NCBI GenBank assembly: GCA_030390025.1
Contig: CM059432.1
Coordinates: 12,090,001-12,154,000 of the forward strand
DNA length: 64,000 nucleotides
From: Squalus acanthias
Taxonomy: Eukaryota
Reading direction: 5' to 3'
In this document: positions 48,796 to 62,120 of the stretch, in pieces
Layout: the number at the start of each line of letters is the position of its first letter
How positions within the stretch are numbered: position 1 is the first letter of the stretch
Position numbers and translations under genes: made by a program
The notes under the pieces: generated by a model
Seen by the model: only the letters and a program-made list of their open reading frames with translations
Database searches by the model: none
What the model was told of the DNA's origin: nothing

Positions 48796-50520
48796 TTGGT
48801 CCCTTCATCTAGGTCATTAATATAGATTGTAAATAGCTGAGGCCCCAGCACTGATCCTTGCGGCACCCCACTAGTTACAGCCTGCCAACCTGAAAAAGAC
48901 CTATTTATCCCTACTCTCTGTTTTCTGTTCGTTAACCAATCCTCTATCCATGCTACTATATTACCCCCAACCCCATGAGCCCTTATCTTGTGTAATAACC
49001 TTTTATTTGGCACCTTATCGAATGCCTTTTGGAAATCCAAATATACTACATCCACTGGTTCCCCTTTATCTACCCTGCTAGTTACATCCACAAAAAACTC
49101 TAATAAATTTGTCAAACACGATTTCCCTTTCATAAAACCATGTTGACTCTGCTTAATCATGTTATGATTTTCTAAGTGCCCTGATACCACTTCTCTAAGT
49201 TTGCAGACGACACAAAGCTGGGTGGGCATGTGTGCTGTGAGGAGGATGCAGAGAAACTCCAGTATGATTTGGACAGATTGGGTGATTGGGCAGATGCATG
49301 GCAGATGCAGTATAATGTGGATAAACGCGAGGTAAGCATGCAGGTGCAGCAGGCGGTTAAGAAGGCAAATGGTATGTTGGCCTTCATAGCGAGAGGATTC
49401 GAGTATAGGAGCAAGGATGTCTTGCTGCAGTTGTACAAGGCCTTGGTGAGACCACACCTTGAGTACTGTGTGCAGTTTTGGTCACCTTATCTGAGGAAGG
49501 ATGTTCTTGCCATGGAGGGAGTGCAGTGAAGATTTACCAGACTGATACCTGGGATGGCAAGAATGACGTATGAAGAGAGATTGGGTCGATTAGGCTTATA
49601 TTCGCTAGAGTTTAGAAGAATGAGAGGGGATCTCATTGAAACTTATAAAATTTTAACAGGACTAGACAGACTTGATGCAGGAAGGATGTTCCCGACACTC
49701 ATCATTATGAAAGGGTATTAAGGGTTATGGAACCCAAGGCGAAGGTTGTGGGTTCAAGTCCCACTCCAGAGACTTGAGCACAAATATCTAGGCTGACACT
49801 CCAGTGCAGTACTGAGGGAGTGCTGCACTGTCGGAGGTGCCGTCTTTCGGATGAGATGTTAAACCGAAGCTCTGTCTGCTCTCTCAGGTGGACAGAAAGG
49901 ATCCCATGGCACTATTTCAAAGAAGAGCAGGGGAGATATCCCTGGTGTCCTGCCCAATATTTATCCCTCAGTCCCAATATCAGAAAAAACAGATTATCTG
50001 GTCATTATCACATTGCTGTTTGTGGGAGCTTGTGTGCAAATTGGCTGCCACGTTTCCTAAATTACAACAACGACCACACATCATAAGTACTTCATTGGCT
50101 GTGAAGTGCTTTGGGATGTCCTGAGGTTGTGAAAGGCGCTTATAAAGGCTTTGTCAGGGGGAGATCATGTCTAACCAATTTGATTGAATTTTTCGAGGGG
50201 GTGACTAGGTGTGTGGATGAGGGTAGTGCAGTTGATGTTGTCTACATGGACTTCAGTAAGGCTTTTGACAAAGTCCCACATGGGAGACTGGTCAAGAAGG
50301 TAAGAGCCCATGGGATCCAGGGCAATTTGGCACATTGGATCCAAAATTGGCTTAGTGGCAGGAGGCAGAGGGTGATGGTCGAACGTTGTTTTTGTGACTG
50401 GAAGCCTGTGTCCAGTGATGTACTGCAGGGATTGGTGCTGGGTCCTTTGCTGTTTGTAGTGTACATTAATGATTTAGATATGAATGTAGGAGGTATGATC
50501 AGTAAGTTCGCAGATGACAC

Positions 50521-53500
50521 CAGGTGGGAGAAATGGGTTTTGCTTCCTGGGACACTGGCACCAGTACTGGGACAGGAGAGAGCTGTTCCGTTGGGACGGA
50601 CTTTACTTGGCCGGTGCTGGGACTAGAGTCCTGGCGAATCGAATAACTAGGGCTGTAGAGAGGGCTTTAAACTAATTAGTGGGGGGGGAGGTTTCAAGAG
50701 AGCAAAAAATAAAAATGTCAGCAGAGAAGGCAATAGAGCAAAGTAGCAGTAAGGTAATTAAAAACCAGAGCGTGTCAGGAAGGGACAGAATATATAAAGA
50801 TAAAGGTAAAGTAGTAAAGGGGGTAAAAGCAGGAATAAATTGTCACAAAACATATTTAAAAGTTCTTTATCTGAATGCACGCAGCATTCGTAACAAAATA
50901 GACGAGTTGACGGTACAAATAACTACACATGGGTATGATCTGGTGGCCATTACAGAAACATGGCTGCAAGGTGACCATGACTGGGAACTAAACATCCAGG
51001 GGTATTTGACTATTAGGAAGGACAGACAGGAAGGAAAGGGAGGTGGGGTGGCTTTGTTCATAAAGGATGGAATCACGGAAAGGGCAACACGGTGGCATAG
51101 TGGTTAGCACTGGTGCCTCACAGCGCCAGGGACCCGGGTTCGAATCTGACCTCGGGTGACTGTCTGTGTGGAGTTTGCACATTCTCCCCGTGTCTGCGTG
51201 GGTTTCCTCCGGGTGCTCCGGTTTCCTCCCACAGTCCAAAAATGTGCGGGTTAGGTTGATTTGGCTATGATAAATTGACCCTTAGTGTTAGGGGGGGGAT
51301 TAAATATGTGGGGTTATGGGGATAGGATGGGATATGTTAGGGGGAATTAAATACGTGGGGTTACGGGGGTAGGGTGGGATATGTGTACTGTGGGGATTAA
51401 AGCAGGGACAGGGTACTGGATTTGGATGATCAGCCATGATCGTATTGAATGGTGGAGCAGGCTCGACGGGCCGAATGGCCTACTCCTGCTCCTAGATTCT
51501 ATGTTTCTATGTTTCTATGAATTACTGCAATAGTGAGAAATGATATTGGGTCAAAGGACCAGGATAGTGAAACAGTTTGGGTGGAGATAAGGAATAATAA
51601 GGGGAAAAAGTCACTAGTGGGCGTAGTCTATAGGCCTCCTAACAGTTGCAACTCAATTGGTCGGAGTATTAATCAGGAAATAGTTGGGGCTTGTAATAAG
51701 GGAACAGCTATAATCATGGGAAATTTTAACTTTCATATTGACTGAACAAATCAAATTGGGCAGGGCAGCCTTGAGGAAGAGTTCATAGAGTGCATTAGGG
51801 ATGGGTTCCTTGAGCAGTATGTTACTGAACCAACCAGGGGGCAGGCAATCTTAGATCTGGTCCTGTGTAATGAGATAGGATTAATAAAAAATGTCCTAGT
51901 AAAGGATCCCCTTGGAATGAGTGACCATAACATGGTTGAATTCCAAATTCAGTTGGAGGGTGAGAGAGTTGGATCTCAAACCAGCGTACTAAGCCTAAAT
52001 AAAGGAGACTATGAAGGTATGAGAGCAGAGTTGACTAAAGTGGACTGGGAAAATAAATTAAGGTGTAAGACGGTACAGGAGCAGTGGTGTACATTCAAGG
52101 AGGTATTTCACAACTTTCAAGAAAAATATATTCCACTGAGGAAAAAGGGGCGTAAAAGAAAAGACAGCCATCCGTGGCTAAGTAAAGTAATAAAGGATAG
52201 TATCCGACTGAAAACAAGGGCATATAAAGTAGCCAAATCCAGTGGGAGGATAGAAGATTGGGAAGCATTTAAAAACCAGCAAAGAATAACTAAAAGATTA
52301 ATTAAGAAAGGAAAGATAGATTATGAAAGTAAACTAGCAAAAAATATAAAAACAGATAGCAAGAGTTTCTACAGTTATATAAAAAGAAAAAGGGTGGCTA
52401 AAGTGAATGTTGGTCCCTTAGAGGACGAGACCGGGAAATTAGTAGTGGGGAACATGGAGATGGCAAATATGCTGAACAAATATTTTGTATCAGTCTTTAC
52501 AGTAGAGGACACTAAAAATGTCCCAACACTGGACAAACAAGGGGCTATAGGGGGGAGGAGCTAAACACGATTAAAATCACTAAGGAGATGGTATTCGGTA
52601 AGATAATGGGACTTAAGGCGGATAAATCCCCTAGACCTGATGGCTTACATCCTAGGGTCTTGAGAGAAGTTGCGGTAGGGATTGCGGATGCATTGGTGGT
52701 AATTTTCCAAAACTCCCTGGATTCAGGAAAGGTCCCAGCAGATTGAAAAACTGCTAATGTAACACCTTTATTTAAAAAGGGAGGTAGACAAAAGGCTGGA
52801 AACTATAGACCAGTTAGCCTAACATCTGTGGTTGGTAAAATGTTGGAGTCCATTATTAAGGAAGCAGTAACAGGGCATTTGGATAAGCATAACTTAATCG
52901 GACAGAGTCAGCATGGTTTTATGAAGGGGAAATCATGCTTGACAAATTTGCTCTAATTCTTTGAGGACGTAACAAACAAGGTGGATAAAGGGGAATCAGT
53001 GGATGTGGTGTATTTGGACTTCCAAAAGGCATTTGACAAGGTGCCACACAAAAGATTACCGCACAAGATAAAAAATCACAGGATTGGGGGTAATATACTG
53101 GCATGGGTGGAAGATTGGCTATCTAACAGAAAACAGAGAGTTGGGATAAATGGTTCATTCTCGGGTTGGCAATCAGTAACTAGTGGTGTTCCGCAGGGGT
53201 CAGTGCTGGGACCCCAACTCTTTACAATCTATATTAACGATTTGGAGGAGGGGACCAAGTGCAACGTATCCAAGTTTGCAGACGATACAAAGATGGGAGG
53301 GAAAGCAGTGAGTGAGGAGGACATAAAAAACCTGCAAAAGGACATAGACAGGCTAAGTGAGTGGGCAGAAATTTGGCAGATGGAATATAATGTTGGAAAG
53401 TGTGAGGTTATGCACTTTGGCAGAAAAAATCAAAGAGCAAGTTATTATCTAAATGGAAAGAAACTGCAAAGTGCTACAGTACAAAGGGATCTGGGTGTCC

Positions 53501-54217
53501 TGGTGCATGAAACACAGAAGGTTAGTATGCAGGTACAGCAGGTGATCAGGAAGACCAATGGAATCTTGGCTTTTATTGCAAGGGGGATGGAGTATAAAAG
53601 CAGGGAAGTCTTGCTTCAGCTATACAGGGTACTGGTGAGGCCACACCTGGAATACTGCGTACAGTTTTGGTTTCCATATTTAAGAAAAGATATACTTGCT
53701 CTCGAGGCAGTTCAGAGAAGGTTCACTCGGTTGATTCCGGATATGAGGGGGTTGACTTATGAGGAAAGGTTGAGTAGGTTGGGCCTCTACTAATTGGAAT
53801 ACAGAAGAATGAGAGGCGATCTTATCGAAACATATAAGATTGTGAGGGGGCTTGATCGGGTGGATGCGGGGAGGATGTTTCCACTGATGGGTGAGACTAG
53901 AACTAGGGGGCATAATCTTAGAATAAGGGGCTGCCGTTTCAAAACTGAGATGAGGAGAAACTTCTTCACTCAGAGGGTAGTAAATCTATGGAATTTGCTA
54001 CCTCAGAGAGCCGTGGAAGCTGCGACATTAAATACATTTAAAACGGAGATAGACAGTTTCCTAGCTGATAAGGGAATTAAGGGTTATGGGGAGCGGGCAG
54101 GGAAGTGGACGTGAGTCTAGGTTCGGATCAGCCATGATCCTATTGAATGGCGGAGCAGGCCCGAGGGGCCATATGGCCTACTCCTGCTCCTACTACTTAT
54201 GTTCTTATGTTCTTATG
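50521..54217 (+). mobile_element. Long CR1: ORF1 esterase C-terminus plus disrupted full-length ORF2, containing a SINE insertion
   Basis: Seen: GFCFLGHWHQYWDRRELFRWDGLYL..AVERALN-stop at 50526-50675, then YLNARSIRNK, ITETW, VYRPP and FADD with several stops/frameshifts, and a CTTATGTT tail. Known: the SGNH-esterase DGLHL motif of CR1 ORF1. Confidence 0.92.
51082..51518 (+). mobile_element. tRNA-derived V-SINE (HE1-like) with CR1-derived tail
   Basis: Seen: A box TGGCATAGTGG, B box GGTTCGAATC, V-domain TGTGGAGTTTGCACATTCTCCCCGTGTCTGCGTGGGTTTCCTCCGGGTGCTCCGGTTTCCTCCCAC, CR1 3' UTR and (CTATGTTT)n tail. Confidence 0.88.
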
Positions 54218-54276
54218 AAAACACGAAAATTGGTGGAGTGGTAAATAGCGAGCAGGGAAGCCTCAGTCTACAGGAC

Positions 54277-57200
54277 ATAGAAACATAGAAACATAGAAGA
54301 TAGGAGCAGGAGTAGGCCATTCGGCCCCTCGAGCCTGCTCCGCCATTCGATGAGATCATGGCTGATCATCTAAACTCACTACCCTGTACCTGCCTTCTCC
54401 CCATATCCCTTAGCTTTAAGAAATATATCTAACTCAACCTTGAATATATTTAATGACTTCGCCTCAACTACCTTCTGTGGTAGAGAATTCCACAGGTTCA
54501 CCACTCTCTGGGTGAAGAAATTCTTCCTCATTTCTGTCCTAAATGGTTTACCCGTTATCCGTAGATTATGACCCCTGGTTCTGGACTCTCCGACCATCGG
54601 GAACATTCTTCCTGCATCTAGTTTGTCCAGACCTGTCAGAATTTTATATGTTTCGATGAGATCCCCTCTCATTCTTCTATACTCCAGCGAGTATAAGCCC
54701 AATCGACCCAATCTCTCCTCATATGTCATTCCTGCCATCCCAGGTATCAGCCTTGTGAATCTTTGCTGAACTCCTTCCATGGCAAGAACATCCTTCCTCA
54801 GATAAGGCGACCAAAACTGCACACAGTACTCAAGGTGTGGTCTCACCAAGGCCCTGTACAACTGCAGCAGGACGTCCCTGCTCCTATACTCAAACCTTTT
54901 CGCTATGAAGGCCAACATACCATTTGCCTTCTTCACCGCCTGCTGCACCTGCATGCTTACTTTCAGCGACTGGTGCACAAGGACACCCAGGTCTTGTTGC
55001 ACTTCCCCTTCTCCTAATCTATTGCCATTCAGATAATAGTCTGCCTTTCTGTTTTTGACACCAAAGTGGATAACCTCGCACTTATCCACATTATATTGCA
55101 TCTGCCACGCTTCTGCCCACTCACCCAACCTGTCCAGATCATCCTGGAGTTTCTCGGTATCCTCCTCGCAGCACACACTCCCACCCAGCTTTGTGTCATC
55201 CGCAAACTTGGAGATATTACATTTAATTCCCTTATCTAGATCATTAATGTATATTGTGAATAGCTGGGGTCCAAGGACCGATCCCTGCGGTACCCCACTA
55301 GTCACTGCTTGCCACTCGGAAAAAGACCCATTAATTCCTACTCTCTGCTTTCTGTCCGCCAACCAGTTCTCTATCCAAGTCAATACCTTGCCCCCAATCC
55401 CATGTGCCTTAACTTTACCCGCTAATCTCTTATGCGGGACCTTATCGAAAGCCTTTTGAAAGTCCAAATACACCACATCCACTGGTTCTCCCTTATCTAT
55501 TTTCCCAGTTACATCCTCAAAAAATTCCAGTAGATTAGTCAAGCACGATTTACCTTTTGTAAATCCATGTTGACTTTGTCCGATCCTGTCACTGTTTTTC
55601 AAATGCTCAGCTATTACATCCTTTATAATGGACTCTAGCATTTTCCCCACTACCGATGTCGGGCTTACCGGTCTGTAATTCCCCGCTTTCTCTCTACCAC
55701 CCTTTTTGAATAGTGGGGTAACATTAGCTAGCCTCCAATCCATGGGTACAGTTCCAGATTCCATCGAATGTTGGAAGATGATCAGCAATGCATCTACTAT
55801 TTCTAGGGCCACTTCCTTAAGTACCCTAGGATGTAGATTATCAGGCTCTGGGGATTTATCGGCCTTCAATACCATCAATTTCCCTAATACCATTTCCCTG
55901 CAAATACTGATTTCTTTCAGTTCCTGCCTTTCATCAGACCGTATGTTCTCCAACATCTCTGGGAGGTTATTTGTGTCCTCCTTTCTGAAGACAGAACCAA
56001 AATATGCATTTAATTGGGCTGCCATTTCTTTGTTCCCCATTATAACTTCCCCCGCTTCTGACTGCAAGGGACCTACACTTGATTTCACTAATCTTTTTCT
56101 CTTCACATATCTATAAAAGCTCTTACAGTCAGTTTTTATGTTCCCAGAAAGCTTACTTTCATATTCTATTTTCCCCTTCTTAATTAATCCCTTTGTCCTC
56201 CTTTGTTGAATCCTAAACTGCTCCCAATCCTCAGGGCTACCGCTTTTTCTGGCCAATTTATATGCCTTCTCCTTGGATCTTATGCTATCCCTAATTTCCC
56301 TTGTTAGCCACGGTTGAGTCACCCTTTTTGTTTTATTCTTATGCCACACTGGGATGAACAAATTCTGTAGTTCATCCATGCAGTCTTTGAATGTTTGCCA
56401 TTGCCTATCCACAGTCAACCCCTTGAGTGACATTTCCCAATCAATCCTACCCAATTCGCGCCTCATACCATCGTAGTTTCCTTTATTTAAATTCAGGACC
56501 CTAGTCTCTGATTCAACTACTTCACTCTCCATCCTAATGAAGAATTCTATCATATTATGATCACTCTGACCCAAGGGGCCTCGTACTACAAGATTGCTAA
56601 TTAATCCTTTCTCGTTACATAATACCCAGTCTAAGATGGCCTGATCTCTGGTTGGTTCCTCGACATATTGTTCCAGAAAACCATCTCGTAAACATTCTAG
56701 GAATTCCTCCTCCACAGTATTTTTACTAATTTGGTTAGCCCAATCTATATGTAAATTAAAGTCACCCATGATGACTGCTGTGCCCTTACTGCATGCTTCT
56801 CTAATTTCCTTTTAATGCCGTCCCCAACCTCCGTATTACTGTTTGGAGGTCTATATACCACTCCCACTAACGTTTTCTGCCCCTTGTTATTTCTCAGTTC
56901 TACCCATACAGATTCCGCATCATCAGAGCTAATATCCTTCCTTTCAATTGTGTTAATCCCCTCTTTAACCAGCAATGCTACCCCACCTCCCTTTCTTTTT
57001 TGCCTATCTTTCCTAAATATTGAATAACGCTGGATGTTGAGTTCCCAGCCTTGACCACCCTGGAGCCATGTTTCTGTAATCCCAATCAAATCGTATTAAT
57101 TTACCTCTGTTTGCGCAGCTAATTCATCCACCTTGTTCCGAATGCTCCTTGCATTAAGACACAAAGGGGGAAAAATTCAGCTGCTTGCGCCTCCCGTTAG

Positions 57201-57969
57201 CGCCTTAAGAGGGCGCTAATGGGGCGTAAAGCAGCTAACGCCCGGGCGCAGCGCCGCCCACGCCTCCCGAAAAATTCAGCGGGAGGTTAGCGGCGGCGGC
57301 AGCCGGTAGCGCCCTGTGGCGCTGCGCCGCCGGCGATGACGTCATCACCGTGCGCAGCACCCCGCTCGCGCCCCGGCCGTGATCTTCAGTCGCGCCCCCT
57401 GATTTACCGCCAGACGCTATGTCCGACGGGTTCAGGGAGGCGTACGTGCGGCCGGGGCGGCGATATTTAAAGGGGAGGTGGCAGGCGGCCATTTTTGTTG
57501 CTGGCCGCCTGCCAGCACCTGCCCCCGTTGCTGTCCCCGGCCCCCGTGAAGCCCCCCCACCGTGAAGTGCCGGCTGCGCTCCAAGAGCCCGGCACTTCTC
57601 TTGAGTGCCGGGCTCTTTTGCTGGCACTCCCGATCCCTGGGGGCCCAGCTGGGCCCCGGTTCGCGCTGCGCAGGGTCCCTCCCGTTTAAGAAGGGGAGGA
57701 AGGCCTGCAATACCGCGGCGCGACGTGCCGCAGCGCGTGGCGCTGCGGCACGTAGCGCCAGGATATTCCCTCGCAGCGCCCCAAGAGGGATGCGGGGTGC
57801 TTCCAGTGGCGTCCCGCTTCCCTCTTGGGGCGCAACCACTGAAGTTCCGGCGCGGGGCCGCTAATTTTTTCGGGGCGCTAAAAGTCGCGCCCCGGCGAGG
57901 TTAACGCCCCAAATGGGGCGCGACTCAATTTTTACCCCAAAGCCTTCAGGCTTGTTTTTTTAACGCTTT
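54277..57969 (-). mobile_element. Young CR1 with nearly intact ORF2 (796-aa ORF 54379-56769, one frameshift near 56810), interrupted by a MITE
   Basis: Seen: EN and RT motifs; CAGGAC duplication at 54271-54276 and 57970-57975. Confidence 0.95.
57166..57938 (-). mobile_element. Non-autonomous Harbinger MITE (773 bp), subfamily N1, inverted
   Basis: Seen: termini GGGGGAAAAATT / AATTTTTACCCC, TSD AAA, interrupts a CR1 endonuclease region. Interior is the diverged reverse complement of 48060-48795. Confidence 0.92.
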
Positions 57970-58821
57970 CAGGACGATATAGACGGGTTGGTTAGATGGG
58001 CAGAACAGTGGCAAATAGAATTTAACCCTGAAAAGTGTGAGGTGATGCATTTTGGGAGGACTAACAAGGCAAGGGAATACACAATGAATGGTAGGACCCT
58101 AGGAAGGACAGAGGATCAGAGGGACCTTGGTGTGCATGTACATAGATCCCTGAAGGCAGCAGGACAGGTAGATAAGGTGGTTAAAAAGGCATATGGGATA
58201 CTTGCCTTCATTAGCCGAGGCATAGAATATAAGAGCAGGGAGGTTATGATGGAGCTGTACAAAACGCTAGTTAGGCCACAGTTGGAATACTGTGTGCAGT
58301 TCTGGTCACCACACTATAGGAGGGATGTGATTGCATTGGAGAGGGTGCAGAGGAGATTCACCAGGATGTTACCTGGGCTGCAGCGCTTCAGCTATGAAGA
58401 GAGACTGGACAGGCTGGGGTTGTTTTCCTTAGAGCAGAGAAGGCTGAGTGGGGACCTGATTGAGGTGTACAAAATTATGAGGGGCATAGATAGGGTAGAT
58501 AGAAAGGAACTTTTCCCCTTAGTAGAGGAGTCAATCACCAGGGGGCATAGTTTCAAGGTAAGGGGCAGGAGGTTTAGAGGGGATTTGAGGAAAAACTTTT
58601 TCACCCAGAGGGTGGTTGGAATCTGGAACTCACTGCCTGAAAGGGTGGTAGAGGCAGGAACCCTCACAACATTCAAGAAGCATTTAGATGAGCACTTGAA
58701 ACGCCATAGCATACAAGGCTACGGACCAAGTGCTGGAAAATGAGATTAGAATAGACAGGGCTTGATGGCCGGTGCGGACACGATGGACCGAAGGGCCTCT
58801 TTCTGTGCTGTATGACTCTAT
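57970..58821 (+). mobile_element. CR1 3' part; continuation of the copy at 50145-50520 and 54221-54276
   Basis: Seen: ..SKFADDT / KIGGVVNSEQGSLSLQD / DIDGLVRWAEQWQ.. reads through the three pieces. Confidence 0.9.
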
Positions 58822-59713
58822 GGGGGAAAAATTCAGTTGGTTGCGCCTCCCGTTAGCGCCTTAAGAGGGCGCTAATGGGGCGCAAAGCAACTAGCGCCCG
58901 GGTGCGGCGATGTTTGCGCTGCTCGCGAAATTAACTAGACATTTTGCGGCGGCGCTAAACACTACCACCACGATCTCCTGCGCCGGCAGATCGTGACGTC
59001 AGTCGAGTGCGCAACACCCCGGTAGCGCCCCGGAGCGGATATTGAGTGGTGCCCCCTGCCTTACCGCCTGCCGCCAGCAACGACAGGTTGAGGGAAGCGT
59101 TTTGCAGTCAGGAAGGGACTGGGGGAGCGCTATTTAAAGGCGACCGCGTCCTGCCTTTTTTTGTTGGTGACATTTTTGAACCACGCATTCTGAGAGAGAG
59201 CGAGAGAGACTTCTGGAGAGATTCAACACTGTGTTAAGAGTTTTGGGTACTGAGCAGCACTTTGCAGTTTCATTTTGATTTGCCCTTCCTTGTATCGATT
59301 TAGAAGAGACTGTGGGGGCTGCACTCTGAGCTCTTTCCCTGGTACTCTCCATTGTTCTTTCCAGCAGATTTGATGTAAAGGTCTCTCCAGGCCGAGATTC
59401 AAGGCTGCAATGAGCAGGATGTGGATGGAAAGCAAGATCAACCCTCCCCTTTAAGAACTGGCCCGCGCCATTGTGTGTGTGTTCCATTGCTGACTGACAT
59501 CACATGAGCTTCGCCAGGGCTCTGAGGTAGCGCCTCGCTCCTCGGCCTTTGCGCCTTAAGACAGGTGTGAAGCGCCTGAATTAGCGCTCCAATCACCTCC
59601 AGGGGCGATAAAAGTCAAGTTTGCAGTCGGTGGCGATAATTAGCGCCAGGTGCTAATCTTTGCGCCCGGCCGATAATTGCGCCCCAAATGGGGCGATACT
59701 GAATTTCTCCCCC
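58822..59713 (-). mobile_element. Internally deleted derivative of the two-gene Harbinger (892 bp)
   Basis: Seen: termini GGGGGAAAAATT / AATTTCTCCCCC, flanks TAT/TAA. Left part resembles the reverse complement of about 47520-47987 and right part that of about 43825-44190 (e.g. GGTCTCTCCAGGCCGAGATTCAAGGCTGCAATGAGCAGG). Both ORFs are absent. Confidence 0.88.
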
Positions 59714-59729
59714 TAAGTCTTTTTCTTTA

Positions 59730-61523
59730 TAGATGGAGTTAAGATGCAGATCAGCCATGATCTAATTGAATGGCGTAACAGGCTCAATGGGCTGAATGGC
59801 CTCCTCCTGGTCCTATGTTCCCATCATAAGATGGAGGGAAAGTTGGGATTGGAGCAGGGAGGGGAGGAATTTAGGGAAGAGAGCGCAGGCACAGTCCAAG
59901 AGAGAGGATTTTATAAGGCTTTTGAAGATAGGGAGAGAGGTGTCAAGGCAAAAGTAGTTAAGGAAGAGATTTCCAGAGTGCTGGTGGGAGAATGGAGAGG
60001 CCAGGGAGTGAGCAGCAGACTGGGTTCAGGTGATGCAAGCAGGAAGGTATGATTGGAGTGATTAGAGAAGCTGGGATTGTTTTCCTTAGAGCAGAGAAGG
60101 TTAAGGGGAAATTTAATGGAGATGTTCAAAATTATGAAGGATTTTGACAGAGTAAAGAAGGAGAAACTGTTTCCTGTGGCAGGAGGTTCGGTAACCAGAG
60201 GACACAGATTTAAGGTAACTGGCAAAAGAACCAGAGGAGATGAGAATTTTTTTAATGCAGCGAGTTGTGCTGGAACACACTGCCTGAAAGTGTGGTGGAA
60301 GCAGATTCAATAATAACTTTCCAAAGGGAATTGAATATATACTTGAAAAGGAAAAACTTAGTGCTATGGGGAAAGAGCAGAGGAGTGGGACTAATTGGAT
60401 AGGTCTTTCAAAGAGCCGGCACAGGCTCAATAGACTGAATGGCCGCCTGCTATGCTGAATGATTCTGAGTTCCTCAGTAGGATGGGGACTGAGGTGGTGG
60501 AAGGATTTATAAATCCATAAATTCCTTCATGGACTGGCAGAGGTGTAATTAAAAAAAATGGATGTTGTGCCAAAGAAGGAGGTATTAGGAGGGATGACTA
60601 AAATCTTGGTCAAAGAGATGGGTTTTAAAGAGGGTCTTAAAGGAGGAGAGGGAGGTTGAGAGGCGGAAGTGCTTAAAGAAAGAAAAAATTGAATTTCTAG
60701 CACCTTTCACGGCCTCAGGATGTCCCAGAGCGCTTTACAGCCAATGAAGTGCTTTTGAAGAGTAGTCACTGTGTAATGTAGGTAGGGAATTCTCAAGCAC
60801 AGGGTCTAGGTAGAACATAAGAACATAAGAAATAGGAGCAGGAGTAGGCCAATTGGCCCCATTCAATAAGATCATGGCTGATCTGATCCTAACCGCCAAT
60901 CTACTATCACAGAACCATCTCCTGAACCTAACAGAATTGGACACACGAAATAGGAGCAGGATCAGGCCACACGGCCCCTGGGCCCGCTACGCTACCCACA
61001 GGGCCATGACCGATCCGAACCTAGACTCATGTCCAAATTCCTGCCTGCTCCCCGTAACCCTTAATTCCCTTTACTTCTAGGAAACTGTCTATTTCTGTTT
61101 TAAATTTATGTAATGATGTAGCTTCTACAGCTTTTTGGGGCAGCATATTCCATGGACCTACCACCCTAAAGGCACGGCCATTCATAATGGGGCAAAGGAA
61201 GGGAGGATGCGATAAAGGCCAGAGTCGGAGCCATAGAGAGTCATGGAGTTATACAGCACAGAAAGAGGCCCTTCGGCCCATCGTGTCCGCGCCGGCCATC
61301 AAGCCCTGTCTATTCTAATCCCATTTTCCAGCACTTGGTCCGTAGCCTTGTATGCTATGGCGTTTCAAGTGCTCATTTAAATGCTTCTTGAATGTTGTGA
61401 GGGTTCCTGCCTCTACCACCCTTTCAGGCAGTGAGTTCCAGATTCCACCCACCCTCTGGGTGAAAAAGTTTTTCCTCAAATCCCCTCTAAACCTCCTGCC
61501 TCTTACCTTGAAACTATGCCCCC
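59730..61523. mobile_element. Mixed short CR1, L2 and SINE fragments
   Basis: Seen: CR1 3' remnants at about 60055-60465 (plus), 60811-61170 and 61230-61523 (minus); L2 and SINE tails in between. Confidence 0.75.
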
Positions 61524-62120
61524 TGAGTTTGGGGGATGGGTTGTAGGGCTGGAGCATTATTACATAGATAGGAAAGGCTGATCATTTTAAATTGGAGGGG
61601 CTGGGGACCGGTTGCCAATGTAAGTCAGCAAGGACAGGAGTGATAGGTGAGTAGGAATAGGAGCTGAAGTTTACAGATGGTGGAGGATGGGAGCCCGGCC
61701 AGGAGAGCATTGGAATAGTCGAGTCTGGTGCTGCAAAAAGGATGAATGAGGGTTTCAGCAGCAGATGGGCTGACTCGGGTGAAGGCAAGTGATTTTTAAA
61801 AATTCGTTTATGGGATGTGGGCGTCGCTGGCAAGGCCAGCATTTATTGCCCATCCCTAATTGCCCTTGAGAAGGTCTTATGGAAGTGGAAGTAGGCGGTG
61901 TTTGTGATGGAGAGGATGTAGATTTGGAAGTTCCAGCTCAGGATCAAATACGTTTCTGAGATTGTGAACAGTCTGGTTGAGCCTGAGACGGTGGTCAAGG
62001 AGGGGTTTGAAATCGGTGGAAAGATTTGGAGTTTGTGGCGAGGGGCAAAGTCGATGGCTTCGGTCTTCCCGATGTTTAACTGGAGGAAATTGAGGTGCAT
62101 CCAAGACTGGATGTTGGATA

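Larger units (their letters stand above)
42946..49195 (-). mobile_element. CR1 RT fragment split by two Harbinger insertions (pieces 42946-43824, 47988-48059, 48796-49195)
   Basis: Seen: RT coding sequence is continuous after removing both elements and their 3-bp TSDs. Confidence 0.9.

Noticed and set aside
51082..51160. tRNA gene
   Set aside because: The A/B boxes are the head of a V-SINE; the same applies to the other SINE heads.
57235..57904. Multiple short ORFs inside the MITEs (also 48189-48622)
   Set aside because: Expected from high GC content; no domain, and frames not maintained between copies.
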